Program-made: the position numbers and the translations under genes
Virus record (IMG/VR): IMGVR_UViG_3300031758_000112
Span: 1-51,999 of that record
DNA: 51,999 bases
Strand: one strand, 5' to 3'
Source of the DNA: a virus
Taxonomy: Duplodnaviria > Caudoviricetes
Shown: positions 33,208 through 43,137 of the stretch, piece after piece
Layout: each line of letters starts with the position of its first letter
How positions within the stretch are numbered: position 1 is the stretch's first letter
The notes under the pieces: generated by a model
What the model saw: only the letters and a program-made list of their open reading frames with translations
Told to the model about the DNA's origin: nothing
Databases searched by the model: none

Positions 33208-33648
33208 TTAAAAGCCAGAAAAGAAATAACCTTTTGCGTTAGAAAAACTAACGGCCGCGTCAGCCCAAGTTGGCGCAGCCGCGCCCGCAGAAGTAAGCAC
33301 TTGGCCCGACGTACCCGCAGCCAGCATCTGTGTTGTGCCTGCGGCTGATTGGTAAGGGATCGTGCCAGCAGAACCGCCGGCCAAATTAGTTGCTGTAGTG
33401 GCTGAAGCAGGAGTAGCCCACGAAGGTGCACCAACCCCGTTTGTTTGCAACACTTGGCCAGCTGTACCAACAGCCAACATCTGCGTTGTGCCGCTTGCTG
33501 ACTGATAAGGAATCGTGCCGTTGGAACCACCAGCAATGTTGGTTGCGCTACCCACGGCTCCGCTAATGTTTGCCGCCGGGATGGCCGATGGGTTGTCAAG
33601 GACCCCACCGGTCGAGACCGTCGTTGCTAGTGTTTTTGCTTTAGACAT
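33208..33648 (-). CDS. Short fibre stalk protein with internal tandem repeat
   Basis: Two copies of ATNxAGGSxGTIPYQSAxGTTQMLAxGTxGQVL...APxW. Confidence 0.7.
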   Translation of the reverse strand: MSKAKTLATTVSTGGVLDNPSAIPAANISGAVGSATNIAGGSNGTIPYQSASGTTQMLAVGTAGQVLQTNGVGAPSWATPASATTATNLAGGSAGTIPYQSAAGTTQMLAAGTSGQVLTSAGAAAPTWADAAVSFSNAKGYFFSGF

Positions 33649-34009
33649 TTGGTGTCACCTCGATCCATGAAGTTGTTGCTTCGTCCCATGCGTAACTTTT
33701 ACCGTCGTTAGGAGCCGCAATTGGTGCTTCCCAACAGCAGGTGTTCTCGTTTAACAACCAGCTTGCGTATGGCTTAGGCGAGATAAACGCGTCACGCTGA
33801 CCGTCATAGGTAAAACCAATGCCTGCAAAGTTTTTACGAAACGGCGTGCCGCCAAGAAGATGAACGCCACCAAGAGTGTTGTAGCTTGTTTGTTTATAGA
33901 CGTCGCCGGTTCTTTCAGTAAGTTCTGTTTCCTTGCCGTCGTCCTCTTGCCGTCCAACAGTCACAAAGACAACAATGTTGTTTGCGTCGAGTTTTGCAAA
34001 GTGCGCCAT
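33641..34009 (-). CDS. Conserved tail-associated protein (MAHFAKLD type)
   Basis: MAHFAKLD...QTSYN...FRKNFAGIGFTYD..RDAFI.PKPY.SW.L...WEAP. Follows the Gly-rich gene. Confidence 0.75.
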   Translation of the reverse strand: MAHFAKLDANNIVVFVTVGRQEDDGKETELTERTGDVYKQTSYNTLGGVHLLGGTPFRKNFAGIGFTYDGQRDAFISPKPYASWLLNENTCCWEAPIAAPNDGKSYAWDEATTSWIEVTPNV

Positions 34010-34018
34010 GTTTTGTCC

Positions 34019-34897
34019 TTAAGAGAATAGAACCGTTTCGGATGTAGTTGATGTTGCAGTAACGGTGTATACCTTAAAACCAGAAACTGAGGTGCTAAGC
34101 GAAGAAGTAACGCCAGCAGAAAATGTTGCGGTTAAGGTGTCTGGGACGCGAATAATTACTAGACCAGACCCGCCAGCAGCGCCAGTACCAGAAGTACTAC
34201 CATCAGTGCCAGCGGCGCCGCCGCCGCCGCCAGTGTTTGCTGTGCCTGCCACACCGTTACCGGGGCCATTGCCGCCAGTACCGCCGCCGCCTGATCCACC
34301 TGATCCGCCAGCAGAGCCAGACCAACCACCGCCACCTCCAGCACCGCCTCGCGTTACTCCGCTGCCGGTTATATTGTTTGAAATACCGGCACCACCGTTG
34401 CCGCCGTTAGCGCCGCCAGAAGCAACACCGTTGGCTCCAGCACCGCCACCACCTCCACCGCCGCTACTACCGTTGCCGCCGTCAAAGCCCTGAGCTGTGG
34501 TGCCAGTTTGTGAATTTGCGCCAGCTCCGCCGCCGCCGCCGGTTCTGCTGCCGCTACCGCGTCCGCCACCAAGCGATGTAATGCTTGCAAAAACTGAACT
34601 TGACCCTTCAGCATTTAAGCCGCCGCCGGCGCCGACAACCACCGAATAGGAGTTACCTACGTACAGGGTAAGCGTAGCTTCCGCTGTTGAGTTTCGGCCC
34701 GAGGTTTGACCTACCACGTTTGTTCTGTATCCTCCAGCACCGCCACCACCAGAACCGCCAGTACCCGGAGACATGCTGGCCGTCCCGCCGCCGCCACCAA
34801 TGACAAGGTACTCAGCCGTCATTGCAGTCAAGTAAGCGGTTTCTGCCTTAAAATTGCGGATGTCTTTAAGACTATAAATTGCAGAAGTAGTAGCCAT
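34019..34897 (-). CDS. Glycine-rich tail fibre tip protein
   Basis: EYLVIGGGGG...GGGGAGG...GTANTGGGGG...GGSGLVIIR. Confidence 0.75.
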   Translation of the reverse strand: MATTSAIYSLKDIRNFKAETAYLTAMTAEYLVIGGGGGTASMSPGTGGSGGGGAGGYRTNVVGQTSGRNSTAEATLTLYVGNSYSVVVGAGGGLNAEGSSSVFASITSLGGGRGSGSRTGGGGGAGANSQTGTTAQGFDGGNGSSGGGGGGGAGANGVASGGANGGNGGAGISNNITGSGVTRGGAGGGGGWSGSAGGSGGSGGGGTGGNGPGNGVAGTANTGGGGGAAGTDGSTSGTGAAGGSGLVIIRVPDTLTATFSAGVTSSLSTSVSGFKVYTVTATSTTSETVLFS

Positions 34898-35247
34898 TAG
34901 CTGAGCACCTCATAAGAGCAAACGCCATCTAATGACGCACCAGCGCTAGCCGTTAAGCGCAACGAATCTCCCTCTTCCAGATATATCGATTTGGTCAGCA
35001 CATCCACCGTGGCCCCCGGAGGAACAAGTAGTCCAAAAGCAATTTCATAAGCAGTGCTTGATCGAAACAAATCAACCGTTACCGTTACGTTAGTTCCGAC
35101 TAATGAGGCTATGTACAAGGCGTTAATTTTAAAGACTTGATTGCTGCTGCCAGCATTTGAAACAATTGCCGTGGCAGAAGTTCCAATAGCTTGAACAGAG
35201 GTCTTACCAGTAATGGTCGTGACGTTAACGATATTGGGTGCTGTCAT
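34897..35247 (-). CDS. Small tail fibre adaptor-like structural protein
   Basis: MTAPNIVNVTTITGKT...KSIYLEEGDSLR...CSYE. Confidence 0.7.
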   Translation of the reverse strand: MTAPNIVNVTTITGKTSVQAIGTSATAIVSNAGSSNQVFKINALYIASLVGTNVTVTVDLFRSSTAYEIAFGLLVPPGATVDVLTKSIYLEEGDSLRLTASAGASLDGVCSYEVLS

Positions 35248-35250
35248 GAT

Positions 35251-37788
35251 TTATCCTCCAAAGACAATTGCCATTGCAATGGCTTTGCCGGTTGTAAAAG
35301 GGGCCGCAGGTGCGGTTGATTGCCAAGTTGTGCCGTTACTTGTTAACACATTTCCAGCTGTGCTTGGCGCAACAAATGTTGGTGCCGATGTGCCGTTGCC
35401 CAAGATGACATTGTCGGCTGTAAGAGTGGTCAGGCTTGTGCCACCATTTGCAACAGGCAGCGCCGTACCAGACAAGGTAATTGCTAAAGTACCACTACTT
35501 GTAATTGGTGAACCCGCAACAGACAAAAACGAGGGCACTGTTGCCGCAACACTGGTTACCGCGCCCGGGAAAGTCTGGCCACCAGCAAAAGTGATTGCGC
35601 CCGTCATCGTGCCGCCGGACAGCAGCAACACGTTGGCAATATCGAACGCGCCGTAGGCCACGATGTCAACGATGTCACCGGACGTCAAGCCCGTGCCAAA
35701 CACCACGCTTGTGCCGTTGGTAGCCACGAAGTCGACGCTGACTTGCTGCTTTACACCGTTCAAGTAAACGTCAACATAGCCAACGTCGTAAATAGCGGCA
35801 AAGGTTGTTTGGGCTGCGGTAGCCGTGTAGACCACCCGCTGAGACGTGCCGTTGACCGAGGAGCCTGCGTTGACCCAAGCCGTGCCGGTGTACACCTTCA
35901 TCAGGTTGCCGGTTGTGTCAAAGTACAACGCCCCGGTCAGCAAAGCGTTGCCGTCGTTGTCAAGCGTAGGCGGCGTAGCCTTGGGGCCTAGGTAGCGGTC
36001 ATCAAAGCTGTCGTAGCTGGCAGCCGCAGCTGCCGCGCTACCTGCCGCAGCAGAAGCACTGCCAGACGCAGCAGAAGCGCTGCTAGACGCGTTGTTCTCG
36101 CTGGTTAAGGCATTGGCCGCACTTGTAGACGCCGCAGCCGCTGAGGCTGCCGCAGACGCTGTGGTGCCAAACAACACGTCAATGTAGTTCTTGGTCGCGG
36201 CGTCTTGTGCGCTTGTTGGATCGCCGACACCGGTGATCTTGTTTGTGCCCATCGCAATCGCGCCGGACATTGTGCCGCCGGTCTTAGCCAACAAGCCAGA
36301 CACCGTGGTGTCTACCTCAGTTTTGGTGTAGGCGTTGGTGATGTTGTACCCGGCAATAGTCGTTGGGTTTGTCCCGGCAGTCACGCGCCCGTAGGCGTCG
36401 ACTGTCATTGATTGATACGTGCCGGCAGTTACTGCCGTTGTGGCCAAGTCAATGTTGTCGGAGTTGACAACAATACGTGAGCTTGATGCGGTGCCGACAT
36501 CCAGCGTGTTGCCGGTCTTTGTCAAACCCGCGCCAGCTGTGATCTGGCCAGCTCCGGAGAACTGGACCCAAGTTACCGACGTGCTGCCAAGCGTGCCGCC
36601 CGCAGCTATCGTGCAAACAAAGCCGTTGTTGGCATTGACCGTGCCGGACTCCACAAACACGTAAGCGTGAACCAATTCATCCCAAGTATCGGCGTCGGTA
36701 GACCGAGCCCACGTACTTGCAGCCGCAACGTAAATACCGTTGTTGGCCGTAGTGGTTTGGTCCTTAACCAACACCCGGTCGCCCGCAATCACGGCCACGC
36801 CGTCAATTGTTTGAGTGCCGCTTAGGGTAATGTTGGCTGTTGTTCCGGCGCGGCAAGATGCTTTAGCGTCTAAACCTTGGACCGTGTTGTCAACGTAGTT
36901 TTTAGTCGCCGCGTCTTGCGCAGCTGTTGGATCGCCCAAGCCTGTGATCTTGGCGGTGCCCATTGCAATGGCGCCAGACATTGTGCCGCCAGCTAGGTTT
37001 AGCTTAAGCGCGTCTGCTGTGTCGACATAGCCTTTATTGGCTGCGTCTGTCGCGTTTGTTGGCGTGCTCAATCCCGAGATCGTGCTGCCCGTAGCCGAGT
37101 TCATGTCTAACGAACCGTTGATGGTTACGTCGTTAAATGTGGACGTGCCCGAAGACGCGGTTACGTTGCCGGTCAAAGTGCCGGCTAAAGTGCCGGAAAC
37201 CGTCACGTTGTTAAAAGTTGACGTACCGCTTGCTGCGGTAACGTTACCCGTCAAATTGCCGGTCACATTACCAACCACGGCGCCCGTTAACCCGCCAACA
37301 AAACCAACCGTTGCTGTAACCGTTGTACCTTGAATCGTGGTAGCTGTTGTTGCGCCAATCGTTGTACCGTTAATTGTGCCGCCAGAAATGGTCACGCTGG
37401 CAAAGCTGTTGGAGCCGGACGAAGTCACGTTGCCGACTAAGTTGCCGGTCACGTTACCGGTCACGTTGCCGGTGATGTTGCCGGTGATGTTGCCGGTAAA
37501 ACCGCTGCTTGCTGAGACCGTAGTAAACGCACCAGATGATGCCGTAGTTGCGCCGATCGTTGTGCTGTTGATTGTCGAAGCTGTGATGGCCAAGGCTTGC
37601 AAAGCAGCTGAAGCAATTAAAGCTGTACCCGCAGAATTAACCATAGCCACCTTGTACCCATTGCCGGACAAAGTCGGCAACAGATCAAAACCAAGGGTGA
37701 CATTCTCCAACTCATTGCGCATCGTCGCCGATGAGCCGGGCGAGTTGGGCGTCGGGTAGGTGGTGTGGGTATAGTACGGATTGCTCAT
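35251..37788 (-). CDS. Main tail fibre protein (845 aa)
   Basis: GNxT repeats, two GGTMSGAIAMGTxKITGxGDPTxAQDAATKNY repeats, GDRVLVKDQT...NGIY domain, DSFDDRYLG, YLNGVKQ domain. Follows the nozzle gene. Confidence 0.85.
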   Translation of the reverse strand: MSNPYYTHTTYPTPNSPGSSATMRNELENVTLGFDLLPTLSGNGYKVAMVNSAGTALIASAALQALAITASTINSTTIGATTASSGAFTTVSASSGFTGNITGNITGNVTGNVTGNLVGNVTSSGSNSFASVTISGGTINGTTIGATTATTIQGTTVTATVGFVGGLTGAVVGNVTGNLTGNVTAASGTSTFNNVTVSGTLAGTLTGNVTASSGTSTFNDVTINGSLDMNSATGSTISGLSTPTNATDAANKGYVDTADALKLNLAGGTMSGAIAMGTAKITGLGDPTAAQDAATKNYVDNTVQGLDAKASCRAGTTANITLSGTQTIDGVAVIAGDRVLVKDQTTTANNGIYVAAASTWARSTDADTWDELVHAYVFVESGTVNANNGFVCTIAAGGTLGSTSVTWVQFSGAGQITAGAGLTKTGNTLDVGTASSSRIVVNSDNIDLATTAVTAGTYQSMTVDAYGRVTAGTNPTTIAGYNITNAYTKTEVDTTVSGLLAKTGGTMSGAIAMGTNKITGVGDPTSAQDAATKNYIDVLFGTTASAAASAAAASTSAANALTSENNASSSASAASGSASAAAGSAAAAAASYDSFDDRYLGPKATPPTLDNDGNALLTGALYFDTTGNLMKVYTGTAWVNAGSSVNGTSQRVVYTATAAQTTFAAIYDVGYVDVYLNGVKQQVSVDFVATNGTSVVFGTGLTSGDIVDIVAYGAFDIANVLLLSGGTMTGAITFAGGQTFPGAVTSVAATVPSFLSVAGSPITSSGTLAITLSGTALPVANGGTSLTTLTADNVILGNGTSAPTFVAPSTAGNVLTSNGTTWQSTAPAAPFTTGKAIAMAIVFGG

Positions 37789-39830
37789 CGGAGTCCTCGA
37801 CGTAAGGTGTAGTGCACGATGATGTTATTCACCGTGAAAGACGAAAAAAGGTCAGAGTTTGAAGAAATGCGGATAGCTATGTTTTCAGCAGTTCCCGAAA
37901 CTTCAATCTCAGACGGAGATATGTCAGACCCGTCCCACACAAAATTGTCCCAAACCATTTCATCCCAGTAGCTAGAACGCAAATCGTTTTGGTATGAAGC
38001 GTCTTCGGCCTGAGTCAATGCTGTTGTACGGTAGCCAAGGTCATAGCCAAACTGAATTTCGGCGTAGGAATCCCCTGACAATTCTACGGCAGCTTTGCGA
38101 TACCGTTTCAAAATTCGTGGCGATTTTATAGAGTTATAGACCAAGTTCATGTTGGCCGGAATCTGCTCCCCGTCAAAGCTCGTGCCCAAATCCATTTGAT
38201 ACACGTAGCCGTTGGTTGAACCGAAGAATTGGACCGTGCCACCGGTAGGCGCTTCGCTGTCGATTGCACAGTTGATGTTGTGCTGAAACTGCATCGGCAT
38301 GCTGCCCAAGACCCGGCCGTTTAGGATTGTCAGGTAAAGGGCTGATCCATCTGAAAAGAACACACGGTACTGGCCCTTGTCTCGGTTGACCGTACTGCCA
38401 ACAGACAGCCCACGGTGTTGCTCGATAAATTTAGGGATGTTCATGGTCAACGCCGCTGGCACGAAGTTACCAAAGTTCAAAGACGTTCCCAAGCTCATGA
38501 TGCCGCGATCGTCAAGCACATAGGCTTGGTCCATGTTTTGCGCGGTGTAAGGGAAAGCCCCGGTGCCGGAGTTAAATGTCGATAAGCTGAAGTTAGCTGA
38601 ACTTGTGCCGTACAGCACCGATGTATCGCTGCGGGTGTAAACGCCTAGAGCGCCACTTGACTGGTCGCCCGGCAACACCAGCAAGTTGGTAACTTCCGCG
38701 TTCATCGCAATCTCGCCGGCGCCCAGCAAGGGGGTCCACTGGTAAGGAAAACCAAGGGCTGAAAATTGCACAGAAGCGTTAAAGCTCAAAAACAAATGTT
38801 GTTTGTGAAAGCAAATATGTGAAGGCGTGTCCACGGTCATGCCGGTGACAATAGGAACAAAGGTCGTGCCATCAAACTCAAATGCTCGGTTAACACCGTC
38901 ACATCCGTAGAGCTTGTAGTTGGCCGTACCGCCGCCAAAGTTGGCAACCACGGTCTCATAACGGCCGCCCGTTGTAAGCGTGATTTGTGTGGCCGCACCA
39001 CCCGCTATGGCTTTTACCGCTGCCGCAACTGTAAGATTTTCACCATTTGTAAAAACGCCAGTAGAAGATGAAAGAATAAGCCGGCCAGCCGCATTGCCCG
39101 AAGCAAAAGTGCCCGACTGCAATACAACCCTAGCCACTACGCCGGTTGCGCCGCTGGTGGCTCCCGTGACCGTGTTCCCATCTACGATTGCAGCTGTACC
39201 CGTGCCAAAGCTCAACTCTTTGCCAAGCGTAATAGCAACCCAGCCTGCGCTGGTTGATTTGTGCATCACGGCAGCAGTGCCGCCTGCGTTATTGCGCCAT
39301 GCGTAAACCGTGCCGTTGTAATAGGCTACGCCAAGAACAGACCCTGATCCGGGCACAACAGTAATGTCAGCGCGGTAGTTGTCGGCCGCAAGGTTTTGGT
39401 ATTGGGCGTCAAGCAGACCATCGGCCGCCACACCTTCTACCGATGTAATAGTGCCCACAAAACCAGAGCCATTGTTTAAAACATCTCCGGCAGCAAAGGT
39501 TCCGGTCTCTCGGGTAATAACCAAAGAGGCCGTATTCACCACAATGACGCGACCGGTTGCCCCCGACACACTGCCGGTAACTGTTTGACCAACAGTAACC
39601 GTGGCCGTAAACGTCAAAACTAAAATGTTGTAGTTGGCAGCGGACGGGCTGGGCCTGCCGTCAAAACGCTCATAGCCAGCAATACGGGTGTAGCCGCCTG
39701 TAATTGAACACTCAAAATTAGCAGCTCGACGGGCAACACCCGGAGGCAAAGAAAGCGTAGGAGTTACCTGATCCAAACCGCCACCAAGGCGAATTAGATC
39801 GTAGTTAACTTTGGGCGTGGTCAGCTGCAT
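37785..39830 (-). CDS. Tail nozzle / tubular protein B (P22 gp10 / T7 gp12-like)
   Basis: 681 aa, beta-rich. N-terminal GGLDQV. Position after the adaptor. Confidence 0.7.
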   Translation of the reverse strand: MQLTTPKVNYDLIRLGGGLDQVTPTLSLPPGVARRAANFECSITGGYTRIAGYERFDGRPSPSAANYNILVLTFTATVTVGQTVTGSVSGATGRVIVVNTASLVITRETGTFAAGDVLNNGSGFVGTITSVEGVAADGLLDAQYQNLAADNYRADITVVPGSGSVLGVAYYNGTVYAWRNNAGGTAAVMHKSTSAGWVAITLGKELSFGTGTAAIVDGNTVTGATSGATGVVARVVLQSGTFASGNAAGRLILSSSTGVFTNGENLTVAAAVKAIAGGAATQITLTTGGRYETVVANFGGGTANYKLYGCDGVNRAFEFDGTTFVPIVTGMTVDTPSHICFHKQHLFLSFNASVQFSALGFPYQWTPLLGAGEIAMNAEVTNLLVLPGDQSSGALGVYTRSDTSVLYGTSSANFSLSTFNSGTGAFPYTAQNMDQAYVLDDRGIMSLGTSLNFGNFVPAALTMNIPKFIEQHRGLSVGSTVNRDKGQYRVFFSDGSALYLTILNGRVLGSMPMQFQHNINCAIDSEAPTGGTVQFFGSTNGYVYQMDLGTSFDGEQIPANMNLVYNSIKSPRILKRYRKAAVELSGDSYAEIQFGYDLGYRTTALTQAEDASYQNDLRSSYWDEMVWDNFVWDGSDISPSEIEVSGTAENIAIRISSNSDLFSSFTVNNIIVHYTLRRGLR

Positions 39831-39839
39831 TTGTGCGCC

Positions 39840-40532
39840 TTATGCAAGCGGCGGGCCGCTGACAACTGTTGGCAGTTGGTCGATGTCCAATCGGTTCATC
39901 AACCTCTTAAATTCAAATTCACCACGTTGATAGACTTCCGGCGCTGATTCATAGCCGCCATAGAACATCATGGCCCTGTAAACAATCATCATCTGAAAGC
40001 GGTCAGGAAACACAGTAGGCGGCGCATCAGTGGCCAATGCAAACTCTGTTGGCTGAACATAGTACTCACCCACAATGACGTAAGGCTGGTCCGGTATTGA
40101 GCCAAAACCCAAGTTCTTATCTGGGTCAACCGTGACAACCACAGGGCGCGCGTACGTTGTGCGCATATTCCCGTACATGTACAGGTTGCGGAACGTCGTG
40201 TAGTCCATGTAGTTCATCAGCTGCTCGTCTTTGTAGTTTTGTCCTACAGACGAAGCGCGCCAGCTATCACGTTTCCAGTTTCCAAAAGTAGACCCCACAC
40301 CGGCTTGGGTGGGGGTGTAAATTTGCTGTTGCGTAACCGTGTTAAATTCCACTGGATTACGCATCCACTGCCAATCTTCCTTGGCCGTTTGCACATCGAC
40401 CCAAGCACTATTGATCCAACTTGCCATCCGGTAGGACTCGCCGGTCAAACCAGTGACGGTGATCAGCGGCGTGCTGGCGCCAGAGACGCCGCACTCCACA
40501 CGCAATCGGTTGATAAGCTGGAGATAGTTCAC
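39840..40532 (-). CDS. Head-tail adaptor / tubular protein A
   Basis: MNYLQLINRLRVECG...WINSAWVDVQ...WQW...FQMMIVYRAM adaptor pattern and position. Confidence 0.7.
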   Translation of the reverse strand: MNYLQLINRLRVECGVSGASTPLITVTGLTGESYRMASWINSAWVDVQTAKEDWQWMRNPVEFNTVTQQQIYTPTQAGVGSTFGNWKRDSWRASSVGQNYKDEQLMNYMDYTTFRNLYMYGNMRTTYARPVVVTVDPDKNLGFGSIPDQPYVIVGEYYVQPTEFALATDAPPTVFPDRFQMMIVYRAMMFYGGYESAPEVYQRGEFEFKRLMNRLDIDQLPTVVSGPPLA

Positions 40533-40547
40533 TGGGTCGCCCTGTGT

Positions 40548-40970
40548 TTAAGCGGGTTCAGCCAATACGTTTTGAAGCCATGCGCGGCCACGAGGATTCT
40601 CGTCGCTCAGCATTTCAAAAGGATAGGCCAAGCCATGGCGCGCGATCATGTCGATCTGATCAGGCGCTGCTGGGTTGCGAGTTACTTGGCTGTATTTAGT
40701 TTCCTTCATACGTGCCAAGATCTCAACGTACTTGCGGCGAACGCGTGTTGGCACGCCGCGCAGGATAGGCTGGTTGGTTCCGTTGCAATTGAGGATTACG
40801 TGAGGAGCTTGGTTTTCGTCGGTGCTGGAATGCACCATAACTTCAACCATCTCGTTCATGAATGCTTCGCTTGCTGCAAGCTCACGAAGATCCGCAACTT
40901 GGGAAACTGGATCGATTGTTGGTGTGTCGTCTAGGATCTCGATGCCTGCGACTACTTCTTTTTTTGCCAT
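40548..40970 (-). CDS. Conserved hypothetical protein after the capsid genes
   Basis: GGAG RBS. NG...IxRGV...V...YVEIL motif. Confidence 0.7.
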   Translation of the reverse strand: MAKKEVVAGIEILDDTPTIDPVSQVADLRELAASEAFMNEMVEVMVHSSTDENQAPHVILNCNGTNQPILRGVPTRVRRKYVEILARMKETKYSQVTRNPAAPDQIDMIARHGLAYPFEMLSDENPRGRAWLQNVLAEPA

Positions 40971-41008
40971 CTTCTATTCTCCGTTAGGTTTAAAAAAATC
41001 GGTTTGCC

Positions 41009-41037
41009 AAAAAGCAGGTTGCCCGAAGGCAACCTGC
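41009..41037 (-). terminator. Rho-independent terminator after the capsid/decoration genes
   Basis: Minus strand: GCAGGTTGCC-TTCG-GGCAACCTGC followed by TTTTT. Confidence 0.85.
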
Positions 41038-41065
41038 AAAACCCTCCGTTAGGAGAGATGGCAAC

Positions 41066-41503
41066 TTACTGGGCGCTACCGGGCATGTCCATGCAGTCGC
41101 TAAAGGTATCAGTGATACCGGTAGCGCTGAGGTCAGTCGAGCCGGGAGTAAAGGTAGCAGAAGAGCTGGTAACTACTTTGATCAAACCGACCAAAGTTGT
41201 ACCGGCTGTAACTTGGCCGGGCACTGGACATGGATCGTCAGCAGCAACGATAGGACCTTGTGTGGTCGATACCGTGCCGCCAGATGTGATCCACACCGCA
41301 AACAAGCAAGCCTGAGAATTACCCAGAGCTGTGCCGGCCGTAAAGGTCAAGTTGTCAGTAGCAGCCTTAGACTTAAAAATACCATTGCTTGTGTAAGTCA
41401 AGGTGTTTGTAGTCTTAAAAGTGTTGGCGTTTGTGCCTTCGGCTAGGCCGGCAGCGGTCAGCGAGAGATAGCCACTATTGGCTTGTTCGATGTTGTATGA
41501 CAT
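41066..41503 (-). CDS. Putative capsid decoration / minor capsid protein
   Basis: Thr/Ala/Gly-rich beta protein, co-transcribed with the MCP. Confidence 0.6.
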   Translation of the reverse strand: MSYNIEQANSGYLSLTAAGLAEGTNANTFKTTNTLTYTSNGIFKSKAATDNLTFTAGTALGNSQACLFAVWITSGGTVSTTQGPIVAADDPCPVPGQVTAGTTLVGLIKVVTSSSATFTPGSTDLSATGITDTFSDCMDMPGSAQ

Positions 41504-41529
41504 GATTTATTCCTTTAGGAAAAAGATTA

Positions 41530-42000
41530 TTAAGAAGCTGTTGTGAAAGTCACGCCAGCAGCCACGGCGCAATGCGCATAAGCAAACCAGCTTGTACCGT
41601 CACTGATGACAGTTACGCGATCGCCTGCAACTGACGAGCCATCTACAAAAGAGATGGTGTCATCGGCTGTGCCTGTATCACCAGCGGCGCCAGAAGCGGG
41701 ATACGCTTGGCCCTTAATGATGTTGGCACTGCCGTTGGTCACGATCGTGTAGCTGGCGCCAGAAGGTGCCGCAGCCACAATGAAGGTGTATGTCAAACCC
41801 GCAGCAGGCAAGGGCAGAGTAGTTGCGAATTCAGTAGCCGAAGACAAGAAATATGTCTCACCGCTGTCCGCCGCCGTCAGTGATGACGCAGCAGCAAGCG
41901 TAGCGTTTGCAACGGGACCCAAGATGGGAGCCGTAACAGACAGCGCGGATACATCGTTCAAACGGTCTTCGTTTAGAAGTTTCCAGTAGTTTGATTGCAT
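41530..42000 (-). CDS. Putative capsid decoration protein
   Basis: LTAADSG...TLPLPAAGLTYTFIV...GDRVTVISDGTSWF. Directly after the MCP. Confidence 0.6.
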   Translation of the reverse strand: MQSNYWKLLNEDRLNDVSALSVTAPILGPVANATLAAASSLTAADSGETYFLSSATEFATTLPLPAAGLTYTFIVAAAPSGASYTIVTNGSANIIKGQAYPASGAAGDTGTADDTISFVDGSSVAGDRVTVISDGTSWFAYAHCAVAAGVTFTTAS

Positions 42001-42023
42001 GGTAGTGTCCTTTAAGTTAAGAC

Positions 42024-42043
42024 GCTGGGACTTGCGTCCCAGC
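42024..42043 (-). terminator. GCAA-tetraloop hairpin after the MCP stop (weak terminator or mRNA stabiliser)
   Basis: Minus strand: GCTGGGAC-GCAA-GTCCCAGC with a poor U-tract. Confidence 0.5.
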
Positions 42044-42050
42044 TAGTCCA

Positions 42051-43109
42051 TTACAGAGCGGTCACACCGGCTTCGATACGGGCCATGAAGGCGTCGTTGA
42101 GACGCACAGTCGCGAACCATGTAGAAGCACCCACGTAGCCGAATTGGCCCAATGGGTTGGCGTGGTTGGTCTGTGAGGCTTTGAGGACCACAGGCTTGAT
42201 GGCAGACATGCCCTTAAGAGCGACTTGGCCCCAGCAGTCTTCACCGATGATGATGAAGGGATACACGTCAACGTTAGCAGCGCCAACAGACAACATGCCG
42301 TTCAAGGTTGCAGAACCAGCAGCAGCAAAGGATTTCAACAGCGGTGAGCTGATGAAACGGAAGTCTTCGCAAGCGCCGATTTCGCGGTCATGGATTGGCT
42401 TGAATGAACCGTACTCTTCCACACGGGTGAAGCCGGGCAAGTTACGGATGTCGCTGACAGCGTCAGTGTGGCAGAAGATAACGTATGCGGGCTGCACAGC
42501 GCGAGTGCCGAAGTTGACACCGGGAGCCAGACGGCTGGTCACACGGCGTGAACGGTTGGACTCAAGCGTACGAGCTGCTTTACGAATTGCGTTCAAGCTG
42601 ATTGCTGTGTTGATTGCAGAGCGGCTAGAACCGTTTGCATAGATCACAGTAGAACCGGCTTTCAGCACACCGTAACGAACCATCTCCATCACCTCAGCCA
42701 AAGTCTCGCCTGTGAGCTTGACCATTTCGCCGGGGATGTCATCTTCGTACAGCTGCTCAACTTTGCTGGAGTACTTGAACAGCACGCCATATTGTTGCAA
42801 CTGAACAGACACGTCTTGGAAAGAGATCGTGTTTGCGTTGGGTGTCACACCTTCAGCCAACACGAAGTTGGAAGCGGTGATGTCAGGAGTGCCAACGTAG
42901 CGAGAAGAGTTCTCGATTGTTGTACCTGCGGTAGATGCGCCGAAAGGCAGAGTACGACGGAACACCAAGGTGTCTGTCGAGTTCTGTGGCATCTCACGTT
43001 GAGTACCGAAGTCGCCCAAAACAGTGATGGGCTGTGCGTGTTCAAGCATACCTTGGGCGGCGCGGATTAGATTTCGCGATGCTACGGTGCCGTAATTTTG
43101 AATAGACAT
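42051..43109 (-). CDS. Major capsid protein, N4-gp56 family
   Basis: MPQN...FRR, LAEGVTP, LQQYG, EIGACEDFRFI, DVYPFIIIGED, NPLGQFGYVG. 352 aa, after the scaffold. Confidence 0.9.
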   Translation of the reverse strand: MSIQNYGTVASRNLIRAAQGMLEHAQPITVLGDFGTQREMPQNSTDTLVFRRTLPFGASTAGTTIENSSRYVGTPDITASNFVLAEGVTPNANTISFQDVSVQLQQYGVLFKYSSKVEQLYEDDIPGEMVKLTGETLAEVMEMVRYGVLKAGSTVIYANGSSRSAINTAISLNAIRKAARTLESNRSRRVTSRLAPGVNFGTRAVQPAYVIFCHTDAVSDIRNLPGFTRVEEYGSFKPIHDREIGACEDFRFISSPLLKSFAAAGSATLNGMLSVGAANVDVYPFIIIGEDCWGQVALKGMSAIKPVVLKASQTNHANPLGQFGYVGASTWFATVRLNDAFMARIEAGVTAL

Positions 43110-43137
43110 GGTCTAGTTTCCTTTTCTGAAAATTGAT

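Noticed and set aside
34065-34493. Pro-rich plus-strand ORF
   Set aside because: Antisense shadow of the Gly-rich tail gene.
31272-37788. Diversity-generating retroelement or invertible tail-fibre cassette
   Set aside because: No reverse transcriptase or invertase in the window. The repeats seen are in-frame protein repeats, not adenine-specific TR/VR pairs.
42040-42060. Programmed frameshift or readthrough extending the MCP
   Set aside because: No slippery heptamer before the TAA, and the next gene has its own AAGGA RBS.
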